Origin: Treponemataceae bacterium | GTDB lineage: Bacteria > Spirochaetota > Spirochaetia > Treponematales > Rectinemataceae | Direction: 5' to 3' | NCBI GenBank assembly: GCA_963678065.2 | Contig: CAXXVZ010000002.1 | Coordinates: 96,001 to 160,000, forward strand | Length of the DNA: 64,000 nucleotides | Part shown: positions 9,182-19,593 of the stretch, in pieces | Position numbering within the stretch: the first letter of the stretch is position 1 | Layout of the letters: each line of letters opens with the position of its first letter | The notes under the pieces: generated by a model | What the model was told of the DNA's origin: nothing | What the model saw: only the letters and a program-made list of their open reading frames with translations | Databases searched by the model: none | Position numbers and translations under genes: made by a program

Positions 9182-10414
9182 ATGTATCGGAAAATCGGTT
9201 CGGTGTTGCTCGCGCTTCTGTTCCTCGTGCCTTTCGTCGGCGCGCAGGCGCAGTTCGAGCAGAATTACAGGCAGATGACATGGGATCAGATCGCGGCCGA
9301 GGCTAAGGGGCAGACTGTCTATTACTACGCCTGGGGCGGCAGCGACATCATAAACAGTTTCGTCAACGGGTACTTCAAGGACCGCCTTGCCCAAAAATAC
9401 GGAGTGACCCTGAAATTCGTGCCGGTCACCGATGCGACGACCTATGTCAACAAGGTGCTCGGAGAGAAACAGGCTGGCAAGAACAGCGGAGGTTCCGTCG
9501 ACCTCGTGTGGACGAACGGCGAAAATTTCAGAACGATGAAGCAAGGCAAGCTGCTCTTCGGTCCTTACGCCGACAAACTCACAAACACCAAGTATTACAA
9601 CGAATCCAGTACCGCCTACGATTTCGGTTACCCGGTGGAAGGTTTCGAATCTCCTTACGGCGCGGCCCAGGTCGTCATGGAGTACAACTCCCAGTATGTG
9701 TCGAATCCGCCCAAAACCATTCCCGAGCTCGTGGCCTGGGTCAAGAAAAATCCGGGAAAATTCACCTACGCGGCGCCGCCTGATTTCACCGGCAGCGTGA
9801 TAGTCCGCCACTTCTTCTATGCGAACGCGAACAACATCAACGAACTGATGGGTCCCCTCAACATGTCAGTCTACGACAGGGTCGCCGCGAAAACCTGGGC
9901 AATGCTGAACGAAATCAAGCCGTATCTCTGGATGGGCGGCAAGACCTATCCTGAGAGCAGCATCAAGTCCCAGGAGCTCATGAGTAACGGCGACATCTGG
10001 ATCAGCTTTGAATACGGCCCGAAAGGTGCGGAATCGAGAATCGTGAAGGGAACCTATCCCGCTTCCATCAAGACTGCCGTACTCGATACCGGCACGATCG
10101 GCAATACCAATTTCCTGGCCATCTCCTTCAACTCATCGGTAAAAGCCGCGGCAATGGTGGTGTGCAACGAGATGATGGACCCCGAAGTGCAGTACAAGGC
10201 CAGCCTCGATCCCGACCAGGGTGGTATGGCGTGGATGTCGCCCCTCGATCTGACGAAGGTTTCCCGTGATTGGGCGGCAAAATTCGATGCGCTTCCCAGG
10301 CATCCTTCGACACTCTCGGGCGAGGTACTGAATTCGCACAAGGTATCCGAAATGATGTCCGATTGGCTCGTCAGGATCGAGAAGGATTGGCAGTCCAATG
10401 TCCTGAAGAAGTAA
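9182..10414 (+). CDS. ABC substrate-binding protein, YnjB-like
   Basis: Signal peptide; YAWGG, DLVWTNGENF, ESPYG and APPDFTG match the YnjB pattern as I recall it. Confidence 0.82.
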   Translation: MYRKIGSVLLALLFLVPFVGAQAQFEQNYRQMTWDQIAAEAKGQTVYYYAWGGSDIINSFVNGYFKDRLAQKYGVTLKFVPVTDATTYVNKVLGEKQAGKNSGGSVDLVWTNGENFRTMKQGKLLFGPYADKLTNTKYYNESSTAYDFGYPVEGFESPYGAAQVVMEYNSQYVSNPPKTIPELVAWVKKNPGKFTYAAPPDFTGSVIVRHFFYANANNINELMGPLNMSVYDRVAAKTWAMLNEIKPYLWMGGKTYPESSIKSQELMSNGDIWISFEYGPKGAESRIVKGTYPASIKTAVLDTGTIGNTNFLAISFNSSVKAAAMVVCNEMMDPEVQYKASLDPDQGGMAWMSPLDLTKVSRDWAAKFDALPRHPSTLSGEVLNSHKVSEMMSDWLVRIEKDWQSNVLKK

Positions 10415-10459
10415 GGCCTCCGGTTTTGATTCCTCACTCAAGAGGCTGTTGATTGTTTC

Positions 10460-10504
10460 CCGCCCGTGTATCCATAACCAGCAGTACACGGGCGGCATTT
10501 TTTT
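10460..10504 (+). terminator. Intra-operon hairpin with T-tract after the SBP gene
   Basis: ccgcccgtgta ... tacacgggcgg (11-bp stem) followed by cattttttt. Confidence 0.6.
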
Positions 10505-10520
10505 AACCGCAGGAAATCCG

Positions 10521-11381
10521 ATGACAAAGCGCACTACAGTTACTTTGCTTCTCCTGCCGACCGTGGCTGTGCTCCTCTTCCTGTTCTTCGGGGGCCTGGT
10601 GATGGGCTTGATGCAGAGTTTCAGCTTCATGCCGATGATAGGGTTGAACGATTTCAACATCGATGCCTACAGAAGTCTGTTCAGCGATCGGGAATTTCTT
10701 ATGAGTCTTGCGCTCACTCTGTGGATCTCCATCAGCTCGACTCTGTTGACAGTCGTTTTTGCGATCATCACAGCCCTCGCCTTTCGGAGGACATTCCCCG
10801 GCAAACGGCTGATAAACTTCCTCTATCAATTTCCGATCACCATACCGCACATCGTAATAACGATAGGGACCATGCTCGTTTTTTCACAGAGCGGGATTGT
10901 CGCGAGAATTGCGTATCACCTGGGAATGATATCCGATCAAAGCACGTTTCCTGTTCTGATCTCCGACAATTTCGGATTGGGGATAATATACGTCTATTTG
11001 TGGAAGCAGATTCCCTTCGTCGGCGTCATCGTGCTGTCGATATTGCAGTCTCTGGGGAACAACTTTGAAGAGCTGGCCCGCTCTCTCGGAGCCAACAAGT
11101 GGCAGTCGTTCCGCCATGTACTCCTTCCGACAATCATTCCCGGCATCCTCCCCGCGAGCATCATCTGTTTTTCGTTTACGTTTGGATCCTACGAGGTGCC
11201 GTTCCTGCTGGGCAAACCCTATCCGGCGGTCATATCGGTGCTCGCCATGCGGCTGTACCAGGATGTGGACCTGAATGCCCGGCCGCAGGCCATGGCCACG
11301 GCCGTTTTCATGGCGGTTTTCATAAGCGTACTGGTGGTGTTCTACAGAAAACTTCTGAACAAAATGTCGGGGAGAGGATGA
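10521..11381 (+). CDS. ABC transporter permease (PotB/YnjC-like)
   Basis: Multiple TM segments; EAA loop EELARSLGA. Confidence 0.9.
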   Translation: MTKRTTVTLLLLPTVAVLLFLFFGGLVMGLMQSFSFMPMIGLNDFNIDAYRSLFSDREFLMSLALTLWISISSTLLTVVFAIITALAFRRTFPGKRLINFLYQFPITIPHIVITIGTMLVFSQSGIVARIAYHLGMISDQSTFPVLISDNFGLGIIYVYLWKQIPFVGVIVLSILQSLGNNFEELARSLGANKWQSFRHVLLPTIIPGILPASIICFSFTFGSYEVPFLLGKPYPAVISVLAMRLYQDVDLNARPQAMATAVFMAVFISVLVVFYRKLLNKMSGRG

Positions 11382-11384
11382 TGT

Positions 11385-12206
11385 ATGGAATCCGAAGAGA
11401 ATAAGGCCAACCCGATACATTGGATCATCTATGTGGGTGTCCTGGTTTCGATGATCGGCCCGCTGCTTCCACAGTTCGTGTGGCCGTTCGCGAAAAGCTG
11501 GTTTTTTCCTGATCTCATTCCTTCAGCATGGAGTGTGAGAGCATGGCAGTACATCGGCAATCCGAACAACCAGGTACTCGAGGCGGTCTGGAACAGTCTC
11601 GTCATAGCGGTGATAGTGATGTTCATCTCGGTAATTCTGGGCGTACCCGCAGGAAGGGCGCTCGGGATGTACCGTTTCCGCGGTAAGGGGATTGTCGAAC
11701 TGTTCATCCTTGCTCCGTCGATCATTCCGGGTCTGGCGGTAACTATGGGTATTCAGGTGGTCTTCATAAAGATGGGACTCGCGGACACCATGATCGGCGT
11801 TGTGCTCGTCCACCTCATTCCCACCATCCCCTACATGACCATCAGCATGAGCGGTGTTTTCGCAAATTACGATCCGGATTTCGAAGAGCAGGCAAAAAGC
11901 CTGGGAGCATCTCCGGCCAAGACATTCTTCCTCATCACCTTGCCGGCAGTCTTTCCGGGCATCGTCACCGGAGCCATGTTCGCGTTCCTGATCTCCTGGG
12001 GACAGTATCTTCTCACGGTGCTGATCGGGGGCGGGAGGGTGATCACGTTGCCGCTCCTTCTTTTTTCCTTTGCAGGCAGCAGGGATAACGCGCTCACGAG
12101 CGCGTTGAGCATCATCTTCCTGCTCCCCGCCATCGTTATCCTGGTTTTTACGAGCAAATTCCTGTCAGGAAAGTCCAGCGGAATGGGGGGCTTTGGCAAT
12201 ATATGA
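11385..12206 (+). CDS. ABC transporter permease (PotC/YnjC-like)
   Basis: Multiple TM segments; EEQAKSLGA. Confidence 0.9.
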   Translation: MESEENKANPIHWIIYVGVLVSMIGPLLPQFVWPFAKSWFFPDLIPSAWSVRAWQYIGNPNNQVLEAVWNSLVIAVIVMFISVILGVPAGRALGMYRFRGKGIVELFILAPSIIPGLAVTMGIQVVFIKMGLADTMIGVVLVHLIPTIPYMTISMSGVFANYDPDFEEQAKSLGASPAKTFFLITLPAVFPGIVTGAMFAFLISWGQYLLTVLIGGGRVITLPLLLFSFAGSRDNALTSALSIIFLLPAIVILVFTSKFLSGKSSGMGGFGNI

Positions 12207-13246
12207 CCTCGATCACTCTGAAAAACATCGGCAAGACCTATGAGGGTTGCAAGACTCCTTCCGTGGAAAATTTCAACCTCGAGATAAACCCCGGAGAGCT
12301 CGTCGCATTCCTGGGGCCGTCTGGATGCGGGAAAACCACGACTCTGAAAATGATCGCCGGATTGCATTCCGTCACGAAAGGCGATGTGCTGTTCAACAAT
12401 GTCCGTGTAAACGACGTAAAACCCGAGAAGAGGGAAGTGGTGATGGTCTACCAGAACTACCTCCTTTTCCCTTATATGAATGTGGCTGAAAACGTCGGTT
12501 TCGGGCTCCGGATGCGCAAGACGCCCAGGCAGGAAATCGACCGGCGCGTCAGGGAAATCCTGAAACTGGTAAAGCTGGAAGGCTTCGGCGACCGCAGCCC
12601 TTCCCAGTTGTCCGGAGGGCAGAAGCAGCGGGTGGCCCTGGCGCGGGCCTTGGTGATACGGCCGAAAATCCTGCTTCTTGACGAACCTCTGGCGAATCTC
12701 GACGCACATCTGCGCGACGAGATGCGCGATCTCATACTGAGCATCCACAAAGAATTCGAAGTCACCACCGTATTCGTCACCCACGACCAGGAAGAGGCGG
12801 TGCTGCTCGCAGACCGCATCGCGCTCATCTTCGACGGCCAGCTCGTGCAGTACAGCCCTTCGAGGGACTTCTACGAAAAACCCGCGAGCGAACGGATCGC
12901 AAGATTCTTCGGCAACGGGAACATCATCGAAGGGACTAGGGAAGGGACAGTAGTGGCGACGGCCCTGGGCAAATTCGCGGTCAGGCCGGATCTGCCGGTG
13001 CGCGATGGTCCCGTGAGCCTGATTATCAGGCCGGAATCGATCAGGCTTGCCCGGGAAGACGTCAACAGTTTCAGAACGAGGATCAGGAAAAAAATCTATA
13101 TGGGAACCTACACCAGATACAGCCTCGAAATGGCAGGGACCGTCTGGGAGACAACAGGGGAATCGAACGATATCGCCGGATACGAAACAGATGACGAAGC
13201 GTGGTTCACGCTCCCTCCCGAAAAGATATGGTTGATCCAGCGCTGA
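12203..13246 (+). CDS. ABC transporter ATP-binding protein (PotA-like)
   Basis: GPSGCGKTT, LSGGQKQR, LLLDEP, VTHDQEEA; ATGA overlap with the upstream gene. Confidence 0.93.
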   Translation: MTSITLKNIGKTYEGCKTPSVENFNLEINPGELVAFLGPSGCGKTTTLKMIAGLHSVTKGDVLFNNVRVNDVKPEKREVVMVYQNYLLFPYMNVAENVGFGLRMRKTPRQEIDRRVREILKLVKLEGFGDRSPSQLSGGQKQRVALARALVIRPKILLLDEPLANLDAHLRDEMRDLILSIHKEFEVTTVFVTHDQEEAVLLADRIALIFDGQLVQYSPSRDFYEKPASERIARFFGNGNIIEGTREGTVVATALGKFAVRPDLPVRDGPVSLIIRPESIRLAREDVNSFRTRIRKKIYMGTYTRYSLEMAGTVWETTGESNDIAGYETDDEAWFTLPPEKIWLIQR

Positions 13247-13267
13247 GGCAGTTATGGAGAAGACTCG

Positions 13268-14689
13268 ATGATGGCAAAGAATAAGCCACTCAGAATCGGA
13301 CTCGCCGGCCTGCATTTCCCCGTCATGGAAGCGGAAGAACACGGTGTTTTCGAGTCAGCGAAAACTCTTGTCGATCGATATGCAGAAACCGGGCGTTTTG
13401 AAATCACGGCGTGGCCGCGGCTGATCTCCGGAGCGGGGGATGCGGCGAGGGCTGCCCTGTTTTTCGAAGAACAGGGAGTCGATTTTCTGTTGCTTCAAGC
13501 TTCATCGTTGACGATGGGCGACACTATCCTTCCCCTCGTCGAGCATATCGACAGAATCGGCCTGTGGGTCGTCGATGAACCGACATATGACGGCGAATTG
13601 CCCCTGAATTCTCTCACCGGATACAACCTCTGCGTTTCACGTATCAGGGGTCGCTGGGGAGACCGGAAGAAGCTCACGTGGTTTTGGGGGATGGGCGAGG
13701 ATTTTGGCACACGGCTTTGCGCCACAGCCAAAGCGCTTTCAGCGCTGAAGACGCTCGACGGGAGCAGAGTCGCTTCAATAGGTGGAGTTGTCCCCTCGTT
13801 CGAGAACCTCGAGTATCAGAGCGGTTTGTTCGAAAGGTCCCTTGGAATTGAAGTTGTGCCGGTGAGTCTCGAAGAACTGTTCCGTCGCTCCGAAGGGGCC
13901 CCGTCTTCCGAAGTGGAAACGATCCGGGCCTCTCTGATTGGTCAGGCTACCTGCGTCCGTGTCAGTGACGCATTGATGGAGAATACGGCCCGGATCTGCT
14001 ACGGATTGCGGACGGTAAAAGAACGAGAAAATGCCGACGCTTCGGCCCTGCGTTGCTGGCCGGAATTCCAGACCTGGAAAGGCATCGCTCCATGTGCGGC
14101 AGTAGCGTGGTCGAACGACCATTGCATGCCGACAGCCTGCGAAGGCGACGTTCCCGGAGCGGTTGCCATGCTGCTCGGGACTATCCTGTCAGGACGGGCT
14201 GCGTCCATGAACGATCCGGTTGCGCTCGACAGAAAAACCGGAACCGTCCAGATGTGGCACTGCGGTCCAGGTCCGGCAAGTTGGGCGGATGAGCGCGGGC
14301 AATGCCTTGACTACCACCATACGCTCAATCGCCGGCTGGCAGTCGATGCGCCCCGGGCGGGGGTTTCCTCCGACATCCGTTTTGCGAAGGGACCGGTCAC
14401 GATGCTCCGCATCCGGGGAGACGGGAAAAGCCTGTTTGTATTGGAGGGAGATGTAGTCGCAGGTCCCGCAAATCCCTATCCCGGGAGCGGAGGCTGGATC
14501 GGCAATCTGCGAATAGGCCAGGACAAAGTGTCTCTTGAGGACTTGCTGCACATGATGGCGGCATATGGTCTGGAGCATCATTATCCGATCATGCGTGAGC
14601 GGCATTTTGACACTCTGAAGGAAATGGCGGCATGGGCCGGATGGGCAATCCTTCCGCGCATCGATGCTCGGGGAAACCCGGTCATTTGA
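13268..14689 (+). CDS. L-fucose/L-arabinose isomerase-like protein
   Basis: LRCWPEF, ACEGD, WHCG and LEHHY motifs of the FucI-like family. Confidence 0.8.
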   Translation: MMAKNKPLRIGLAGLHFPVMEAEEHGVFESAKTLVDRYAETGRFEITAWPRLISGAGDAARAALFFEEQGVDFLLLQASSLTMGDTILPLVEHIDRIGLWVVDEPTYDGELPLNSLTGYNLCVSRIRGRWGDRKKLTWFWGMGEDFGTRLCATAKALSALKTLDGSRVASIGGVVPSFENLEYQSGLFERSLGIEVVPVSLEELFRRSEGAPSSEVETIRASLIGQATCVRVSDALMENTARICYGLRTVKERENADASALRCWPEFQTWKGIAPCAAVAWSNDHCMPTACEGDVPGAVAMLLGTILSGRAASMNDPVALDRKTGTVQMWHCGPGPASWADERGQCLDYHHTLNRRLAVDAPRAGVSSDIRFAKGPVTMLRIRGDGKSLFVLEGDVVAGPANPYPGSGGWIGNLRIGQDKVSLEDLLHMMAAYGLEHHYPIMRERHFDTLKEMAAWAGWAILPRIDARGNPVI

Positions 14690-14704
14690 ACAGGAGGAAC
14701 GAAA

Positions 14705-16396
14705 ATGGGAAATACCTGCCATAAACTGCACGAGGATATTGTCGGTTGCTTGATCGGGTCGGCTGTCGGCGATGCCTTGGGCGGGCCGGTCGAAGGGCTC
14801 CATTACACCGATATAATCGAGCGGTACGGTGTCGTGAAGCGGATGCTCCCCTACCCTTCTTCACTTCCTCCTTCATTCCACGGCCCCTTCGGTTCCCGTG
14901 CAGGCGAATGCACGGACGATACCCGATTGGCAAAACTGATCTGCGCAGGTCTCATTGCTTCGGGCGGATTGCCACGATCCGGAAACATAAACCATTCCAT
15001 CTGCAAAACGTATTTTGCCACTGAATCGATACTCGAGAGGGGCTTCCTGGAAGAGTACGCGCTCAAGGCTCTTTACGGTCAAGGCAAGGAAGCATTTGGC
15101 GGAAAAACGACGAACGGAGCGATCATGGCGATAGCTCCCGTGGGAGTCCTGTTCCCGGGAGATCCCTACAGGACTTTCGACACGGCTTTCGATATCCTGT
15201 CCATGGCGACCGGCTCCGCGCGGATAAGCGCTGCCGCCGCGGCTGCCTGCATCAGCGCCGCTCTCAGCGGGAAAGGGAAAGCTCTCGATGTGGTCTTGTC
15301 CGGATTGGATGCCGCCGAGGAGCGGCTGCATCGCGTCGAGGGCAATTACTGGCACCACGGAGGCATGTATCCGCGAGTGGGCGGGTGGGTGTTGGGACTT
15401 GCCCGAAAGGCAGCCGACATCGCGTCGGCATACCGCGATCCATTGAACGAAGAATTCCGGAAGCGTCTTCATGAGGAAATCAACCAGCCATTCTTCGCGG
15501 ACGGCGATGAGACTCTTGCGATCGCCCTGGCAATGTTCGTCGCAGCGGAAGGCGACTTCCGGAGTTCGGTCGTCGGTGCGGCGAACTATGGGAAGGACTG
15601 CGACAGCTATGCCGCGGTCTCCGGGGCCATTTCAGGCGCGTTCAATGGCGTTTCCGCGATACCGGCGGAATGGATCGAAGCCGTTGAGTCCTGCGATTCC
15701 CCGCCACACCTGCGATATCTCGCCGATGGGCTCTGCGCAACGGTCACATCGAGGATGAGAAGGGAGCGGAACAGCGCTTCATTGGTCCCTTTCATGGAGA
15801 TATCCGGAGCAGCGAAGCCCGGACTGCTGGATGCCGTGCGCGCGAAAGATGCGCAAGCGGTCAGCCGGCTCCTCGGTGAAGGGGCCGATCTGGGCGAGCG
15901 CGGCGAACACGGGAGGAATTCCCTGCATCTCGCATGCGCGGCGGGCTGCCTCGATATCGTGAAGACCCTGCTGGTCTTCGGTGCGAACATAAATGAGAAG
16001 GACAACAACAAGACTACTGCGCTCCACTTCGCCGCATGGGAAAACCACATCGAAATCGTGGATCTCTTGCTGGATTGGGGCATTTTCCCCGAAGAACCCG
16101 AGGGCAGGGGATGGACCGCGCTTCACGATGCCGTGCGCAAGGAATACGCCGACATCCCCGTGCGCATTCTATCGAAAACCCGGGGGCTGACCGGAGAGCC
16201 CGAGAAAAAGGCAGAGCTCGAGGCTGTGCAGGGAGAGAACCGCTTTCTGAAACTGCTCGGGATACTGGCAGAATTCCACATCGATCTGGGAGCAATCGGC
16301 ATTTGCGGCCATGGTTTGTTGCATGATTCGAAGGAAAGGGGTTATTCCCGCGCAATCGAATTTCTGCTCGGCAAAGGTGTCGCTGATGAAGCCTGA
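14705..16396 (+). CDS. ADP-ribosylglycohydrolase family protein fused to C-terminal ankyrin repeats
   Basis: GDALGGPVE, TDDT, NGAIM, DCDS; then GRNSLHLACAAG, KTTALHFAAWEN and GWTALHDAV. Confidence 0.85.
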   Translation: MGNTCHKLHEDIVGCLIGSAVGDALGGPVEGLHYTDIIERYGVVKRMLPYPSSLPPSFHGPFGSRAGECTDDTRLAKLICAGLIASGGLPRSGNINHSICKTYFATESILERGFLEEYALKALYGQGKEAFGGKTTNGAIMAIAPVGVLFPGDPYRTFDTAFDILSMATGSARISAAAAAACISAALSGKGKALDVVLSGLDAAEERLHRVEGNYWHHGGMYPRVGGWVLGLARKAADIASAYRDPLNEEFRKRLHEEINQPFFADGDETLAIALAMFVAAEGDFRSSVVGAANYGKDCDSYAAVSGAISGAFNGVSAIPAEWIEAVESCDSPPHLRYLADGLCATVTSRMRRERNSASLVPFMEISGAAKPGLLDAVRAKDAQAVSRLLGEGADLGERGEHGRNSLHLACAAGCLDIVKTLLVFGANINEKDNNKTTALHFAAWENHIEIVDLLLDWGIFPEEPEGRGWTALHDAVRKEYADIPVRILSKTRGLTGEPEKKAELEAVQGENRFLKLLGILAEFHIDLGAIGICGHGLLHDSKERGYSRAIEFLLGKGVADEA

Positions 16397-17258
16397 ACAT
16401 CGGATCATCGTAGACTGCGACAACACCTACGGCATCCCCGGGCTGCCGATCGACGATGGTCAAACGATAATGTACCTGGCCGGCCGCCCCGACATTGAAA
16501 TAGTGGGCATTACATGCACGCATGGGAATGGGCGGGTGGACGAAGTATTCGACGCCACACGATGGCTCGCCGGGGCATTGGGGCTGCATGATGTGCCTGT
16601 AATCAAAGGGGCTTCCGGCCCGGGAGACTATGATACCGAAGCCGCATCCTGGCTCGCGGGAAAAGCCAGAGCGGAGCCGGGGAAACTGGAACTGCTTGCG
16701 ATAGGGACAATGTCCAACCTGCTCGGCGCGAAGAAGAAAGATCCAGGTTTTTTCTCGAACATCGGGAATATTGCGGCGATGGGAGGCTACCTTTATCCCC
16801 TGCCGGTCCGCGGATGGAACAAGATCGAAGAGGTAAACCTTTCTCGCGATCCCGCTGCGACCGCCGCACTCCTCAGCGCCGAGTGTCCCGTCACTGTCAT
16901 GAGCGCCCAGATCTGCCTGCAGGCACCCTTCGGAATCGACGAGCTCTCCCCGATCGCCGAGAGCGACAGGGCATCCTACTTTTATATGCTGAGCTATCTG
17001 ATGGGCATGATCCGTCGCCACAACGGCGCCCAGGAGTACCTGTGGGACCTGCTTCCCGCGGTGTACATCTCCCACCCCGAGCTCTTCAACCGGAAGCAAG
17101 CGCGCATCTCGACGGATCTGCCGCATCTTTCAAAAGGCAATCTGGTGCCTGATGAAACAGGACCCGTGATAAACCTGCCCGACTACATCGCAGACGTCGA
17201 TTTGTTCTACGCGATCCTCTATGCGGCCTGGAAACGGGCGCCGCTCGTGTGTGTTTGA
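16386..17258 (+). CDS. Nucleoside hydrolase family protein (copy 2)
   Basis: IIVDCDNTYGIPGLPIDDG, AIGTMSNL, EVNL, YLWDLLPAVY; overlaps the end of the upstream gene. Confidence 0.88.
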   Translation: MKPEHRIIVDCDNTYGIPGLPIDDGQTIMYLAGRPDIEIVGITCTHGNGRVDEVFDATRWLAGALGLHDVPVIKGASGPGDYDTEAASWLAGKARAEPGKLELLAIGTMSNLLGAKKKDPGFFSNIGNIAAMGGYLYPLPVRGWNKIEEVNLSRDPAATAALLSAECPVTVMSAQICLQAPFGIDELSPIAESDRASYFYMLSYLMGMIRRHNGAQEYLWDLLPAVYISHPELFNRKQARISTDLPHLSKGNLVPDETGPVINLPDYIADVDLFYAILYAAWKRAPLVCV

Positions 17259-17270
17259 AGGCAGGCAAGG

Positions 17271-18497
17271 ATGACACACAATCTGCGCTACGGAAACCGG
17301 GAGATCGTGGTCGATCTTCCCGACAATCAGACCGATATGATTTCCGCAGAACCGACTATTCATCGCGACGAATCACTGCTCGTTCTGGACGCCATAAACA
17401 AATCCTCCCCCATGCTCCAGGATTTTCTGGGTCAGAGTACCTCGGTAGTCATCGTGGTATCGGACCACACCCGCAATACGGGCAGCCGTACCTATATCCC
17501 TATTCTTCTGGATCAGATCAGGAAAACGGGACGGAAAATCACGATTCTTATCGCGCTCGGCCTGCACAGGCCCTCTACGGAGAGCGAAATTGCAGAAATT
17601 CTCGGCTGCGAACCCGGAAACGGTGTGGTTATCAGAAACCACGATCCTGATGCATATCTCGCAGAATGCGGCGAAGGGACGTTCTGCAAAACGGCGGTGG
17701 ATGCCGAGAAAATAATCCTCACCGGCTCCGTGGCTTTCCATCCGATGGCGGGTTATTCGGGCGGATGGAAAAGTCTTCTCCCGGGGATCGCTTCCCGCAC
17801 AAGTGTGATCGAAAATCACAGGCTCTACTTTTCCGGCAATACCATGAATTCCGGAGTCGGACCCGCACGTTTGGAGAATAATCCCATTTCATGCGATATA
17901 CGGCGCAGGACCCAAGGGTTCGCGGAGAAAACCTGGTGCCTGAATGTCGTCCAGAACGAAGCGAAATCGATAGTGTTCGCGGCGGCAGGCATCGTTGACG
18001 ACGCATGGAGAGCCTGCGCCGGTTATCTCGAACGGCGCAATTCACCAATGATCACGCGATTGTATCCGGTCGTCGTGGCTTCATCGGGAGGGTTCCCGTC
18101 GGATTTCAGTTTTTATCAGTCAATGAAGACCCTCACGAATGCCTCGCGCGCGTGCATCAAAGGAGGCAGCATCTATCTGCTCATGGAGTGCCGGAACGGC
18201 TGGGAACTGGATGAAAGCATTCTGGCTTTGAGACATCTGAAGCTGGAGGAGATCGCGTCGCAGGTGAGAAAAGAATTCTCCATGAGCGGTCTTGCGATGT
18301 ACATGGCCCTGTCGGTGATCAGGGCGCACAAGGTTTTCTGCCTGTCTTCCCTGCCGGAACGCGAGGTTAGCGGATTCGGCATGAAATATCTCGCATCGGA
18401 AGCCGAGATCAGGACTCTCGTCGACGCGGAGAACGCGGACCGGATTGCGGTCATACCTGCAGCTGCCGCCGTACTCCCCTCGCTCTACATCTGCTGA
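17271..18497 (+). CDS. LarA-family (nickel-pincer) 2-hydroxyacid racemase/epimerase
   Basis: SDHTR, ALGLHR, NHD, FHPMAGYSGGWKSLLPG, ENH, FYQSMK. Confidence 0.82.
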   Translation: MTHNLRYGNREIVVDLPDNQTDMISAEPTIHRDESLLVLDAINKSSPMLQDFLGQSTSVVIVVSDHTRNTGSRTYIPILLDQIRKTGRKITILIALGLHRPSTESEIAEILGCEPGNGVVIRNHDPDAYLAECGEGTFCKTAVDAEKIILTGSVAFHPMAGYSGGWKSLLPGIASRTSVIENHRLYFSGNTMNSGVGPARLENNPISCDIRRRTQGFAEKTWCLNVVQNEAKSIVFAAAGIVDDAWRACAGYLERRNSPMITRLYPVVVASSGGFPSDFSFYQSMKTLTNASRACIKGGSIYLLMECRNGWELDESILALRHLKLEEIASQVRKEFSMSGLAMYMALSVIRAHKVFCLSSLPEREVSGFGMKYLASEAEIRTLVDAENADRIAVIPAAAAVLPSLYIC

Positions 18498-18513
18498 CGG
18501 AAAGGGGACAAAA

Positions 18514-19593
18514 ATGCTCCACGCGGGCGTCGAAACGTATCAACGGGGATTTTCACTATTCGAAATGAAAATCCTTCTCAGAACCAACCGCAGTGAATTG
18601 ATCGCGGACGATGAGTATTTCCTGGGTGAAGGGTCTCATCTCCATTCCCTGCTCTCCAATTTCAACCGACTTGATGAAATCCCTGTTCCCGAAAGACCTG
18701 ATGTAGTCCTATCCATCGCCGATGTTCCCGGTTCCCCCTTCACCTTTGCCCAGACAGGAAATGGAGGGTATTCGATCACGGGAACGATTGTGGACTACGA
18801 GCGTTCCTGCATGGACAAACGGTCCAGCATCTTCGGAAACATGGGCCTCTTTTCGAAGCTGTTGGTACGGGAGCTGGAAGTCAGGGGGATCTACTCCATA
18901 CACTCCACTTCATTCTTCGATCGGATGCGGAACAGACTCTACGTCGTGATGGGAGGGTCAGGATCCGGCAAGAGCACGGTTTTGCTCAAAGCGATCTCCC
19001 TGGGCGGCATCGAGGTGTTCGGAACAGAGCTCACGCATTTTTCGTTCGGGGAAGGCAGGACAAAGATGCTCAAGGGTTCGCTGTGGCAGAACTGCAGGAT
19101 GGGGAATCTCATGATCGATTTCCCCGAACTTCTGGATCGTTTCGGTCTGGACTCCCCAAAGGGCGACCCCTGGCACAGCTACAAATCGGTCCCGCTCTTC
19201 TCCATTCAGGTTCCGGAGAATGTCCTCGATTCCGCTTCGATCGTGTTGGTGATGCCCCGCATCGAGGGAGAACGGAGTACCTCGAGCATACGTCAGGTGC
19301 CTGTGAGCTCGGTGCGGAATGTTCTCTTCCAGAACCTGTCCGATAAAGTCACCCCTCCCAGCCTCCTGTGGGGTAAGCATTTCATCCCGAGCCTCGACAG
19401 CCCGGATCGACAGACGGCGCGGATGGCTGCGGCCGAAAAGTTCATCAGCGAAGCTCCCGTCATCGAGTGCTGGAACGTGCTGTCCTCACCACATGAATGT
19501 CTGAACGGTATATTCCCCGCGCGGACCGGAAACGGCGCAGAAACGGAAAATCGAAACGAGCACATGAACGTGCAGGAGGTACTACATGAGTGA
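18514..19593 (+). CDS. HPr-kinase-like P-loop protein, putative small-molecule kinase
   Basis: IHSTS followed by Walker A GGSGSGKST, an arrangement like the HprK/PEPCK fold; start uncertain. Confidence 0.55.
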   Translation: MLHAGVETYQRGFSLFEMKILLRTNRSELIADDEYFLGEGSHLHSLLSNFNRLDEIPVPERPDVVLSIADVPGSPFTFAQTGNGGYSITGTIVDYERSCMDKRSSIFGNMGLFSKLLVRELEVRGIYSIHSTSFFDRMRNRLYVVMGGSGSGKSTVLLKAISLGGIEVFGTELTHFSFGEGRTKMLKGSLWQNCRMGNLMIDFPELLDRFGLDSPKGDPWHSYKSVPLFSIQVPENVLDSASIVLVMPRIEGERSTSSIRQVPVSSVRNVLFQNLSDKVTPPSLLWGKHFIPSLDSPDRQTARMAAAEKFISEAPVIECWNVLSSPHECLNGIFPARTGNGAETENRNEHMNVQEVLHE

